Shown here in pieces: positions 17,665 through 27,353 of a stretch of DNA of 64,000 nt. The first letter of the stretch is position 1. Every line of letters starts with the position of its first letter. The notes below the pieces were generated by a model. The model did no database searches and had not been told where the DNA came from. It was given only the letters and a program-made list of their open reading frames with translations. A program made the translations under genes and the position numbers. Source of the stretch: Candidatus Daviesbacteria bacterium (GTDB lineage Bacteria > Patescibacteriota > Microgenomatia > Daviesbacterales > UBA10151). The DNA is taken from assembly GCA_016176465.1 (NCBI GenBank), contig JACOXD010000006.1, forward strand, positions 7,878 to 71,877, in the 5' to 3' direction.

Positions 17665-19805
17665 ATGCTAAACAAATTTGTTAAACTCAAGAAAAGCAAT
17701 TGTATGCTAAATAAAGTATTAACTTGGAGTTTTTATATCCTCTTTTTTGCAACACCCCTTGTTTGGGCCTCTTTTACTAGTGAGCTTTTTGAGCTAAATA
17801 AAATGTTTTTAGTCTATTTTTTGACCATTGTTATTACTACAACTTGGGTTATTAAAATGGTTCTAGAAAAAAAACTAATCTTTAAAAAAACTCCTTTAAG
17901 TATGCCTTTACTTTTATTTTTAGGAGCAAACTTTTTATCTACTGTTTTCTCAAGCGATGCCCATCTTTCTATTTATGGCTACCACTCCAGGCTAAATGGG
18001 GGGTTACTTTCCATAATTTCTTATACTCTTTTATATTTTGCTTTAACTTCTAATTTTGGCAAAGAACAAATTATTAACTTTTTAAGAACAATACTTCTTG
18101 GAGGGTTTTTAGTCTCTTTATATGCTATCCCTGAGCATTTTGGTGTCTCCCCTTCCTGCTTAATTTTGACTGGCAGCTTAAATGCAGACTGTTGGGTTCA
18201 AGATGTAGAGGCTAGGGTTTTTGCCACTTTGGGCCAGCCAAATTGGCACTTTATTTTTACATTACAGCTAAATCAAGAGTGCAAACTATTATCTATTTCC
18301 TATTATCTATTACCTATTATCTGGCTTTTACTTTTACTTACTCAAGAGGAGCTAGCTTAGGATTTTTAGCAGGCCTAGGGGTGTTTATAGTCTTACAAGT
18401 TTTAGCTTTCAACCCCCGGGGTTTCAATCTAAAGTTTTTGTACACTTTTAAGCCTATATTCATAGTGCTTATTATTTTTCTTTTTATAAATCTACTTTTT
18501 GGCTCAGCTTTAATGGGAGACTTTAAGCTGATTAAACAAAACGCTCCTCCTGCTAGACCAGCAATAAGTGTAGGTACCCAATTAGAAAATGGGGGCAGCG
18601 AGTCTGGACAAATTAGATTAATTGTTTGGAAGGGGGCCTTGGAGATATTCAAAAATAATTTTTTACTTGGATCAGGTGTTGAAACTTTTGCCCAGACTTA
18701 TTATCAATATAGACCTAAAGAACACAACTATACTTCTGAATGGGATTTTTTATATAACAAAGCTCATAATGAATACTTAAACTATCTGGCTACTACTGGA
18801 CTGGTGGGATTTTTAAGCTATTTGGCAATTATCCTAATCTTTATAGTATATAGTATTTGGTATATTGTATATGGTAAAAAAGAAATACAAAATACTAAAT
18901 ACAAAATACTAAATACTAGCTTGCTAGCATCCTATATGAGCTATTTAATCCAAAATATTTTTGGATTTTCAGTAGTCATTATTGCTGTATTTTTTTATTT
19001 ATTCCCAGGTTTTGCTTTTCTAGTTGCAGATTCTATAAAAGAGGTTAATGCCTCCAAGAGGCTATCCTCTATACGCTATTTACTCTACGCTACTTTATAC
19101 AGACGTCAATTATACAGCTACATTTTTCTTGGTTTTATATTCTTAACAGCAGCCTACTTAATTTATAGCTTAAACTTAATGTACCGAGCAGATATACATT
19201 TTGCCAAAGGTTCTCAAGCCCTAGAACAGGAAAATCCTGGAAGGGCATACAATGAACTTTTAGAAGCTGTTGAACAAAACCCAATAGAGCCTGTTTATAG
19301 AAGCTACTTGAGCCTTTCTGCAGCAACCGCAGCTTCAGGATTACTTGGCGAGGATAAAAAAATTGCGGAGGAGTTAAAAGATGTTGCTTTATTTGAAGCA
19401 GAGCTAATACTTAAAACTTATCCTCAAAATGTTTCTTACCTTAGAAATGCTATCAGCACTTATTTTGCACTATCAGCCTTAGATCCTAAATACTTAAATC
19501 AAGCTTTAGATGTAGTTAATAGGGCAATAAAGCTTGCCCCAACTGATCCTAAACTGCTCGTAAATAAAGCCATAGTGTTAGAGGAAATTGGGAAGAAAAA
19601 AGAGGTTGAGGAAGCATATAAATTTGCTATTAATTTAAAACCTGACTATGCCGAAGCCCATTTTGGTTTAGCTTACTTTTATGAGAAGCAAAAAGATAAG
19701 GAAAATGCTATAAAAGAGTATAAAGAGGTGTTAAAGATAGTACCAGGACATCCTGAAGCTTTGCAGAAAGTTGGAGAATTAGAAAAAAACAACGCGGGTA
19801 AATAA
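17665..19805 (+). CDS. O-antigen ligase/Wzy_C-family membrane protein with C-terminal TPR repeats; apparent frameshift near 18240-18300
   Basis: ORFs 17665..18360 and 18243..19805 are consecutive parts of one polytopic protein. LGQPNW is in frame 1 and YSRGASLGF is in the second frame. The C-terminus has TPR-like repeats. Confidence 0.6.
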
Positions 19806-19808
19806 TTA

Positions 19809-20093
19809 ATGAAGAAAGTATCTCAAATACTTGATCAAACCCAAGCTATCTTTAAAGATAGGCCTAAAAACTTATCTAAAGAATTTCAAGTTTATGGAGT
19901 ATATTTAGCAGAAGCCTTAGGAGATACCAAGCATTATTCTTTATACATTAAGCTTGCTAAAACATTACCTAGGCATATATTAGATGAGGCTTTAACTTTT
20001 TGCAAGGAATATCGAAATGCCAGAAGCAAAGGAAAGATCTTTATGTGGAAGTTAGAAAAGTTAAAACAGCAACTTAAAGAGGCGACCGTTTAA
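19809..20093 (+). CDS. hypothetical protein
   Basis: 94-aa ORF immediately after the TPR gene. Confidence 0.35.
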   Translation: MKKVSQILDQTQAIFKDRPKNLSKEFQVYGVYLAEALGDTKHYSLYIKLAKTLPRHILDEALTFCKEYRNARSKGKIFMWKLEKLKQQLKEATV

Positions 20094-20308
20094 CATGGTT
20101 CTATTGGCTTGATTTTACTAGGCCTACCTCGTTTTACCTGCGCTAACTTGGGATCTGCGGCAAATTCTGCTCTGGCCTTGGCGATTGACTGTTCCAATGC
20201 TAATTTTCCCTTTTTGCCATCTAGTTCTTCTTCTTTCTGGTCGAGCGCATCAAAGAAACTAACTGCATCTAAACCCCTAGGTTGCAATTCTAAACTTTCT
20301 CTACCCAT
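20090..20308 (-). CDS. small basic hypothetical protein
   Basis: 72 aa, Lys/Ala-rich, in a locally GC-richer segment. Confidence 0.3.
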   Translation of the reverse strand: MGRESLELQPRGLDAVSFFDALDQKEEELDGKKGKLALEQSIAKARAEFAADPKLAQVKRGRPSKIKPIEPC

Positions 20309-20425
20309 AAGAAAAAAATTATAGAAACCTATTCGTTTTATGTCAAATTACCCTATAGGTCTAAATTAAAAAAATTTATAGGGTATCATAGGTAACTTTA
20401 GCCTGAAATATGCTACAATTTATTA

Positions 20426-20944
20426 ATGGAGATAATTATAGCCCCAGATGCAAGGTTGCGAGTAAAAACAAAAATTGTTAATAAACTAACCCCCTCATTA
20501 AAGGCAATAATAAAGGAGATGGTGAAACTAAGCAAAACGTTTATAGACCCAGAGGGTGTGGGCTTAGCATCAACCCAAATTGGAAATTCTGAACAATATT
20601 TTGTTATGAAATTAAGTGATGGAACTTTTAAGGCAGTCTTTAATCCTAAAATTTTATCTTATGGTAAAAAAACTAAAGTCTTTTTTGAAGGCTGTTTATC
20701 TATCCCCAAGTATTATGGAGAAGTAAAACGCCCTACTAATATTAGGGTAATTTACATGGATAAAGATGGGACACAAGTCAAAGAATCCTTAAAAGGAGTG
20801 TCTGCCTGGATTTTTCAGCACGAATATGACCATTTACAAGGAAAGTTATTTATGGACTTGCTTTTAGCCCAAAAAGGTAAATTATTTAAAGTTGTTGGTA
20901 AAGATAGAGCAGGCGCAGACATTTTTCAGGAAGTAGGTCTTTAA
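20426..20944 (+). CDS. def: peptide deformylase
   Basis: GVGLASTQIG, EGCLSIP and QHEYDHLQG motifs. Confidence 0.9.
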   Translation: MEIIIAPDARLRVKTKIVNKLTPSLKAIIKEMVKLSKTFIDPEGVGLASTQIGNSEQYFVMKLSDGTFKAVFNPKILSYGKKTKVFFEGCLSIPKYYGEVKRPTNIRVIYMDKDGTQVKESLKGVSAWIFQHEYDHLQGKLFMDLLLAQKGKLFKVVGKDRAGADIFQEVGL

Positions 20945-20945
20945 A

Positions 20946-21049
20946 TGTCATTCTGAAGCGCGGGCCCCTTTAGGGAGGAAGGATCTAAAAGAGCTAGATT
21001 CTTCTGGTCCACTGGACCATCAGAATGACAACTTTGCTCAGAATGACAA
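20946..21049. repeat. MITE-like palindromic element at the def/fmt junction
   Basis: tgtcattctgaagcgcgggcccctttagggaggaaggatct...agattcttc...cagaatgaca with an extra terminal half-repeat. The element's ATG is in frame with fmt. Confidence 0.8.
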
Positions 21050-21912
21050 AACTAATTTTTTTTGGAAATACAAAATACTCAATAATTGGAGCAAAGGTTA
21101 TTCATAAAACCTTTCCTTTATCCGCTGTAGTGACAATTCCTGATAAAATTATTGGACGCAAAAAAGAAGTAGTACTCTCCCCTGTTAAAAAATTTGCCAT
21201 TTTGCATAACATCCCAGTTATTGAGACTAATAAATTAACAGATGAGGTGGTAGACAAAATAAAGTATTTAAACCCTGATTTTTTAGTTGTAGAAGATTAT
21301 GGCCTAATTTTACCTTTAAAATTACTAGAGATTCCTAAAATTGCTCCTTTAAACATTCATCACTCCTTACTTCCTAAATATAGAGGCCCATCCCCTGTTC
21401 CCAGCGCAATTTTAAATGGGGAAAAGTTAAGTGGAGTGACTATAATCAGGATGACTAAAGATATAGATGCAGGGGATATTTTAGCACAAAAAGAATATAC
21501 ACTAATACCTAATGAGACTACTGATTCTCTTTTAACTACATTAAACTCAATGGGTGGCGAACTTTTAGTTGATGTGATTAATCAATATTTACAAGGAACC
21601 ACTACACCACAAGCACAGAATAAAGATAAAGCTACTTTAACCAGACTTATAAAAAAAGAGGATGGGTATTTTGATATTGAAAATCCTCCAGACTCTGAGC
21701 AATTAGATAGAATGATTAGAGCTTACTTTCCCTGGCCAAATGTTTGGACAAAATGGAAGGGTAAAGTAGTGAAATTTTATCCCTCTCCCAATCATCCTGA
21801 TTCAGCTTCCGCCGGAGAAGGATCTATTCTTGTACAAATGGAAGGAAAACAAAAAACTCCTCTTAAAGATTTCCTCAATGGCTACCCAAATTTTCCTATA
21901 AAAAAAATTTAA
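21025..21912 (+). CDS. fmt: methionyl-tRNA formyltransferase
   Basis: FFGN...NIHHSLLPKYRGPSP motif. The first ATGs lie inside the element's terminal repeat, so the real start is likely near 21046. Confidence 0.85.
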   Translation: MTTLLRMTKLIFFGNTKYSIIGAKVIHKTFPLSAVVTIPDKIIGRKKEVVLSPVKKFAILHNIPVIETNKLTDEVVDKIKYLNPDFLVVEDYGLILPLKLLEIPKIAPLNIHHSLLPKYRGPSPVPSAILNGEKLSGVTIIRMTKDIDAGDILAQKEYTLIPNETTDSLLTTLNSMGGELLVDVINQYLQGTTTPQAQNKDKATLTRLIKKEDGYFDIENPPDSEQLDRMIRAYFPWPNVWTKWKGKVVKFYPSPNHPDSASAGEGSILVQMEGKQKTPLKDFLNGYPNFPIKKI

Positions 21913-21916
21913 AATA

Positions 21917-22624
21917 TTATTCTCTTTCTCTGCTTGGAGATCCTATCATTCCTTCTGAGGCTTCTTGATTAACAAATGGAGAATTATCCATAAGATCATA
22001 TCTGCCAGACCAGACTTCTTTTAATACTGCTTCTGATAATTTTCCATCCTGAACATCCATAATTAAAGAAAGTACTCCTCTATTATATGCCAACTCCCTT
22101 CTGGTCTGAAGATGCTGGCCAGATTCTGATTCAATTAGGGGCATCCGAAGTTCATTCTCATCTACCATTTCTTCAACATAAGAGGTAAATTGCTCATATA
22201 AAATACCTTTATGTCTTTCCAATATACGTAATTGATCTCTCCTTCTTTGTTTAGGCTCAAAGGCCATATCCATAAAATCCTTACTAAACCAAACATCAGG
22301 TAGCTCTGAGTAACCAGGGGTTCCTCTATTTAGGACTGATTCCCATCCTTCCCAGCTTTCATAACCTAAATCTATCGACGAGGTAACATTGCCATCAGTA
22401 TTTGTTGCATCAATCTTCACTCTAACTCCGCGCATGGGTCTAGTTAAAGGTCTATCACTAAGTGTAAACTCAATGGAAGAATTCCACCCAGGCTTCTTTG
22501 CTGCAGCTTCTGCAGTTCTTACTGCTTTATTAATTTCAGATTCCTTCCTATCTGAGACAGTAAGTCTGGTTGGAGTATAAGCAAAAACATTAGGGGTATA
22601 AGCTAGGACGTAAAGTGTTTTCAT
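21917..22624 (-). CDS. hypothetical protein
   Basis: 235-aa ORF. No recognised motifs. Confidence 0.45.
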   Translation of the reverse strand: MKTLYVLAYTPNVFAYTPTRLTVSDRKESEINKAVRTAEAAAKKPGWNSSIEFTLSDRPLTRPMRGVRVKIDATNTDGNVTSSIDLGYESWEGWESVLNRGTPGYSELPDVWFSKDFMDMAFEPKQRRRDQLRILERHKGILYEQFTSYVEEMVDENELRMPLIESESGQHLQTRRELAYNRGVLSLIMDVQDGKLSEAVLKEVWSGRYDLMDNSPFVNQEASEGMIGSPSRERE

Positions 22625-22689
22625 ACTCTAGGATAGATTTATACTCCTATGCCTAAATTTTGTCAAGGAAGAGATTAAAGACTTTTAAA

Positions 22690-22929
22690 TTAAACTTGAG
22701 CTTGAGAGGCCTCCGGGGCTTTTTGGAATTTGGCTATAAAGCTTGCCTTTATCTTTCTTAAACACTTTGTACAGTACTTTTTTCCTTTAAATTTATGTAA
22801 ATTAGGGTGTTGAACTCTTTTGCTGATTTGAGCACGCAAAGGCCACTCAGATGCACCAGAGGAACCTTTTTTATGTCTCGACCAGGAAATTTTATTAGGC
22901 TTCTTCCCACAATTACTACAGATTAACAT
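22690..22929 (-). CDS. rpmB: ribosomal protein bL28-like
   Basis: CSNCGKKP...RVQHPNLH resembles the L28 zinc-ribbon N-terminus and PNLH motif. Very basic. Confidence 0.5.
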   Translation of the reverse strand: MLICSNCGKKPNKISWSRHKKGSSGASEWPLRAQISKRVQHPNLHKFKGKKYCTKCLRKIKASFIAKFQKAPEASQAQV

Positions 22930-22987
22930 AAATTTATTAGTCCTTTAGAAGAAAAATATTAACACAGAAATTAGAAAAAAGAAAGGA

Positions 22988-23443
22988 TTATGATCCTCGA
23001 ATAGATTTAATGACTCTGCTGCCTACCATTCCAACGGCCCGAACAAATGGTCTCCCAGTGAAACCTACTGCCCATCCAACTTCGCTTCTTCCGGTAATAG
23101 CGGCTGCAACAAATCCTGCGCCTATCGAACCTACAGCTTCAAACGTAGCTATTACCATACTTATTCCGGCATCTCTTTCTAATCGACGTATTGCTCTTGA
23201 CCAATACGCTTCATCCTCCTGGTTATATTCTTGTGAATTAAATACTAAACCATGCAACCTATTAAGGTGCTCACTTAGTTTTATATGGTTTATCGCTCCA
23301 ACATAATGCCTATATGCTTCTAATGCTGGGAAATAAGTAAGCTCTATTTCACCTATAATAGTCATTAACCCTTGGCCAAAAGGATCATTAGGCGTAAGAT
23401 CTTTTGCAAATTCTCTTGGCGATAATCTTTTATATTCACTCAT
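22988..23443 (-). CDS. hypothetical protein with C-terminal glycine-zipper-like membrane segment
   Basis: 151 aa. C-terminus is GxxxG/A-rich (VGSIGAGFVAAAITG...AVGFTG...AVGMVG) and GC-rich at nucleotide level. Confidence 0.45.
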   Translation of the reverse strand: MSEYKRLSPREFAKDLTPNDPFGQGLMTIIGEIELTYFPALEAYRHYVGAINHIKLSEHLNRLHGLVFNSQEYNQEDEAYWSRAIRRLERDAGISMVIATFEAVGSIGAGFVAAAITGRSEVGWAVGFTGRPFVRAVGMVGSRVIKSIRGS

Positions 23444-23529
23444 ATAAGTTTAATATAATACTATATATTATAGGATAATGCAAATTTTTCCCTATATTTA
23501 TTCGGAACGAGTCTGGTAAAATACCATAA

Positions 23530-24183
23530 ATGAGCCCTGAATTTCTAGCAATTTTACTGGTAGTTTTAATTTTTTCTGTAATAGTTCATGAGGTAATGCA
23601 TGGATTGGTGGCCTTATATTTTGGAGATCACACCGCTGAAAGGGCGGGAAGGTTAACTTTAAACCCTATCCCTCATATTGACCCCATTGGAACGATTTTT
23701 CTTCCTGCAGCACTACTTTTACCTGCCATACTTAGTGGTATGTCTCCACAATTCTTTCTGGCTTGGGCAAAACCTGTGCCTGTTAATCCTCTCAATTTTA
23801 GCGATTTAAGAAAAGGCGAGCTATTTGTTTCAGCTGCTGGGGTGTTGGCAAACTTAAGTTTAGCATTAATTGGAGCTATTATATATCATCTATCGAACAC
23901 CGCTTTTACCCTACCCTATTTAAATGTGGTCGCCCTTATTACTGTTAATATCAACCTATTACTAGCAGCTTTTAACTTACTCCCCATTCCTCCGTTAGAT
24001 GGATCAAAAGTGCTTTTATCACAACTCCCTTATAACTTAGCCAGAGAATACCAAAAAATAGAACCTTATGGATTCTTAATACTGATTGCCCTTCTTTTTA
24101 TTAGAATTGGTGACACTTCTATAATTGGCATTTTTTTAGAAATTGTGGTAGGAAACTTAAGTAGATTACTAATAGGTTCTTAG
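23530..24183 (+). CDS. site-2 protease-family (M50-like) intramembrane zinc metalloprotease
   Basis: HExxH inside the first TM helix (VIVHEVMHGLVA). Polytopic membrane protein. Confidence 0.7.
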   Translation: MSPEFLAILLVVLIFSVIVHEVMHGLVALYFGDHTAERAGRLTLNPIPHIDPIGTIFLPAALLLPAILSGMSPQFFLAWAKPVPVNPLNFSDLRKGELFVSAAGVLANLSLALIGAIIYHLSNTAFTLPYLNVVALITVNINLLLAAFNLLPIPPLDGSKVLLSQLPYNLAREYQKIEPYGFLILIALLFIRIGDTSIIGIFLEIVVGNLSRLLIGS

Positions 24184-24214
24184 TGAGTTTGAGGCTAATT
24201 TACACATTTCTTAC

Positions 24215-24243
24215 TTGACTGATTAAACTTACTTTGATATGAT
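24215..24243 (+). promoter_or_regulatory. sigma70-like promoter (TTGACT-17 bp-TATGAT)
   Basis: Near-consensus -35 and -10 with 17-bp spacing. Confidence 0.45.
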
Positions 24244-24477
24244 AACTTTGTCCTTAAAAAGGACAAAGTAGATGGCAAAAAGCCATAGCCTACTGGCACG
24301 TTTGACATTTGAAGATTAATTTTCCTCCGCTGCTGTTTAACCTTTTCGGGTTTCCAGTAGTCTTTAAGGATTTAATCCTTAAAGAGAGGACTCCCATCTT
24401 TTTGTATTAGGGGGAAAACCTTCAAAAAACGACCAAGTAGGCAGAAATCATCTGTCCAAAAGACGTTTATAGATTTT

Positions 24478-24513
24478 ATCCACACACCTTTTTTAGGTGA
24501 GTGGATTTTTTAT
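24478..24513 (+). terminator. rho-independent terminator-like hairpin + T-run
   Basis: atccacacacc/ggtgagtggat stem followed by tttttta. Confidence 0.45.
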
Positions 24514-24558
24514 AGGATTTCAATTAAAATAAATCCTATCACAAAAACTACTAAATTA

Positions 24559-24630
24559 GCCTCCTTAGCTTAATGGTAGAGCAATAGTTTTGTAAACTAT
24601 AGACGACGGTTCGATTTCCGTCAGGAGGCT
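24559..24630 (+). tRNA. tRNA-Thr (anticodon UGU)
   Basis: Hand-folded cloverleaf: acceptor gcctcct/aggaggc, D-arm gctt...gagc, anticodon stem atagt/actat with loop tttgtaa, T-arm gacgg/ccgtc (8-nt T-loop, slightly atypical). Confidence 0.7.
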
Positions 24631-24898
24631 CATAATAATTATAAATTTTGATATATTTACATTTGGGTAATATTCGGTATATCCTCTTCATATGCGTCCT
24701 GCCTTTTATGATAATCCTGGATATAAAAGAAAACAGGCGGAGATAACCCATAGATATTGGCAAAGGGGCACCTTTAACTTTATAATAAAACCGCGTCAAA
24801 TAAGAATTTGTTCTAACATAAAATGCTCCCTATCCTTTCGGACCTTACCTGCCGATCCAAAAAAATATTGTAGCCATAAAGCTTTACTGGAAATTTTT

Positions 24899-25135
24899 CT
24901 AAGCAACTTGGCCTTGCCCTCCTTGCATATTAGAACCCTGCTCACTCCAACCCAAAGCTTTAATAACTTCATCTGCAGAGCTGTATGTTCCCTCAGGGAG
25001 ATTTTGCATAAACCATTTTTTATCTTCCTCAGAAAAGTCAGATAAATTACTACACTCCGCTACTAGCTGATCTTTTGTTGCAGGGTAATTTTGATGTGAC
25101 TTTAAATGCATCATAGCATTATCTTTATCTTGCAT
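24899..25135 (-). CDS. small DUF2795-like protein
   Basis: NYPATKDQLVAECSNLSDFSEEDKKWFMQNLPEGTYSSADEVIKALG matches my recollection of the DUF2795 pattern. Confidence 0.5.
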   Translation of the reverse strand: MQDKDNAMMHLKSHQNYPATKDQLVAECSNLSDFSEEDKKWFMQNLPEGTYSSADEVIKALGWSEQGSNMQGGQGQVA

Positions 25136-25193
25136 TCTTTCTCACCTCCTTTATATTAAAGTTGCTTATATATAAATCATGAAAAATAATTTT

Positions 25194-26153
25194 TCAAGTG
25201 GGAATCTCTTTTGAAGGTATAATAGTATTAGGGAAAGGTTCTGGAAATAATTTAGCAAATTTATTTAAACTAAAAAATCCTTTAACTTTAATTCTTCCAA
25301 GTAACATTGCTAAAAAGGGACTTTGGATATTATTAATGGTTTTAACAAAAGTTTCTATAGATTGACTCATTACCAAATTTGGGTTATTAACTTTTCTCTC
25401 TACAACTTCAAATTGGTCATTTTTTACTTTGATACTAAAAACTCCATTATATTCTCCAACAAAATCAAAAATTGCCCTAAACTCTTTAATTTTCAAAGCC
25501 TCAGATTTATTTAAAAACATTCCCATCAGTTCCATATACATCCCCAAAGCTTTTTTAGTAACTGAAGGGAGAGGCAAAGGCTCATTTCTTTTAAGGTGAA
25601 TCCTAAGCTGCATTAGGAGATTCCAGGTATGCCCAATTAAACCAAGTAAGGCTTCCTCTGCGCTAATCCATCCCATTCCGGGTAAAGGTACAAAAACTTT
25701 ATCTTTAAGGTTAGAATCCTTCATCTTTTCTAATACTTTTCTAATTAAATTTCTTGACTGTCTCATTTGCCTTAAAGATTTTTCTACACTTTGTTTCTTG
25801 GGGCGCATTTTAAACATGAATGCGTTCCAATTGTTTAATTGCCTCATTGTTTTCATCACTACTTGTTTTTTCTTGGGATATTTTTTACCTTTTTTTAATG
25901 CAAAATAAACTAAACCTTTATCAAAATAAGAAAGGTGGTATGGTACATCTGCCATAATCCAATCTTTTCCATGTTTTTTTTGCCAATCATTTGGGGAAAT
26001 AGAAGATAGAAGTTTATCTAATCCTTCCCATAAGTTTTCTAAATTAGAAAGGATCTCTTTTACTTTTAAGCCTTTTTTAGTTTTAGATCTAGCTAACATA
26101 AATAAAGGCAGATTAGTTTGGGGTATCTTAAAAATATAATAGATAAAAGTCAA
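25194..26153 (-). CDS. hypothetical protein, possibly DinB/YfiT-like N-domain plus SCP2-like C-domain
   Basis: 319 aa. The architecture guess rests on weak motif resemblance only. Confidence 0.4.
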   Translation of the reverse strand: MTFIYYIFKIPQTNLPLFMLARSKTKKGLKVKEILSNLENLWEGLDKLLSSISPNDWQKKHGKDWIMADVPYHLSYFDKGLVYFALKKGKKYPKKKQVVMKTMRQLNNWNAFMFKMRPKKQSVEKSLRQMRQSRNLIRKVLEKMKDSNLKDKVFVPLPGMGWISAEEALLGLIGHTWNLLMQLRIHLKRNEPLPLPSVTKKALGMYMELMGMFLNKSEALKIKEFRAIFDFVGEYNGVFSIKVKNDQFEVVERKVNNPNLVMSQSIETFVKTINNIQSPFLAMLLGRIKVKGFFSLNKFAKLFPEPFPNTIIPSKEIPT

Positions 26154-26210
26154 TTAATTAGTTTTGTAGTTGGAACTAATATAAAAAAGTTGTTAAAATA
26201 TCAGCCTAGT

Positions 26211-26285
26211 GCCGACTTAGCTCAGTGGTAGAGCAACTCCATGGTAAGGAGTAGGTCGTGGGTCCAATTCCCACAGTCGGCTCCA
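26211..26285 (+). tRNA. tRNA-Thr (anticodon GGU), CCA encoded
   Basis: gccgact/agtcggc acceptor, tagctcagtggtagagc D-arm, anticodon stem actcc/ggagt with loop atggtaa, T-arm gtggg-tccaatt-cccac, terminal tcca. Confidence 0.85.
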
Positions 26286-26441
26286 AATGAAACTGAAAGG
26301 TTTGAATTAGCCTCAATCTGTACTTGATATTTAGATCTAATCCAAGATTTGAAATATAACTCTGTTTACAACAGGAGTCCTTTAGATAGATTATTAAATA
26401 GTTGTTACGCAGTTTTTTATTCATTATGGTAATATTTACTT

Positions 26442-26654
26442 ATGAAGATCACAGTTACTAAACAACCTGAAACTAAAATTACTCAACCAATTGAACCGTC
26501 AGGTTCGGTCAAAATAGCTGGAGAAAAAGTCTCTATTGGTACACAAACAGTATCCAGTAAACCAGGATCATCACCAAAGGCTATTTTAAAGGGTTTAAAA
26601 GAGGCTTCTAAGAAAGCTATTTTCCCACCTCCTGCCTTAGCTATTAATGAATGA
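26442..26654 (+). CDS. putative antitoxin (VapB-like partner of the PIN protein)
   Basis: 70-aa ORF overlapping the downstream PIN gene start by 8 nt. Confidence 0.4.
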   Translation: MKITVTKQPETKITQPIEPSGSVKIAGEKVSIGTQTVSSKPGSSPKAILKGLKEASKKAIFPPPALAINE

Positions 26655-27183
26655 GGAGACACCACAACAAGTTATTATCCTTGACACAAATATTCTTCAG
26701 TATATAAACAACCAAAAAATTTTAACTCAGCTCCTCTCTTATTTGACAGATCTAGTCAAAAGAGGGTTCGGTTTGGCGATATCAGAGGTTACTTACTATG
26801 AACTGTTGTCTGGTACAACAGCTAAGCAGGAAGAAGACGGACTAAATATCCTTAACAATTTCACAAGATATGTTGTTGAATTAAGGGTATTAGTGGCTGC
26901 ATCCCAATTATCTACTCTTTATTATCATCAATGTAAGTTGGAAGGTAGAACTTCACATGACATTTCTGTGCAAGATAAAATTATTGCCTCAACAGCTATC
27001 TTAACAGGTTCGCTTATATTAACTGCTAATATTAATGACTTCCCTAGACCTTTCTTTCAGGAGACCGAGGAGAAACCTATTTTTTACAAAGATGGAAATA
27101 GATCTAAAATGTTAGTGCTACAATTACTAAGGCCAAACCAAGTTGTTATTCAGCAAAGATTTCAAGAAAGACCAGTTAAATAG
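26647..27183 (+). CDS. vapC: PIN-domain toxin (VapC-like)
   Basis: ILDTNIL at the N-terminus and DKIIASTAILTGSLILTANINDF later, matching conserved PIN acidic positions. Confidence 0.7.
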   Translation: MNEETPQQVIILDTNILQYINNQKILTQLLSYLTDLVKRGFGLAISEVTYYELLSGTTAKQEEDGLNILNNFTRYVVELRVLVAASQLSTLYYHQCKLEGRTSHDISVQDKIIASTAILTGSLILTANINDFPRPFFQETEEKPIFYKDGNRSKMLVLQLLRPNQVVIQQRFQERPVK

Positions 27184-27353
27184 TATCCTGCTTTAAAACT
27201 CCCTCTAGGTTATTTTTGAGAAGTTCTAATTGAAAAGCTAGAAGTTTAGCCTCATCTGAGTTATCATTGAATAGTTTTGGAGTCCGACCCTAACACCGAC
27301 TCCCGCTCCCTTTTTATTTGACTCCTTTTGCTTAAATATGACATCCTTATCTT

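Noticed and set aside
24551-24799. 82-aa minus-strand ORF
   Set aside because: It overlaps the tRNA-Thr(UGU) gene and the terminator hairpin, so it is spurious.
24692-25045. 117-aa + strand ORF
   Set aside because: It overlaps the better-supported DUF2795 gene on the opposite strand and has a low-complexity translation.
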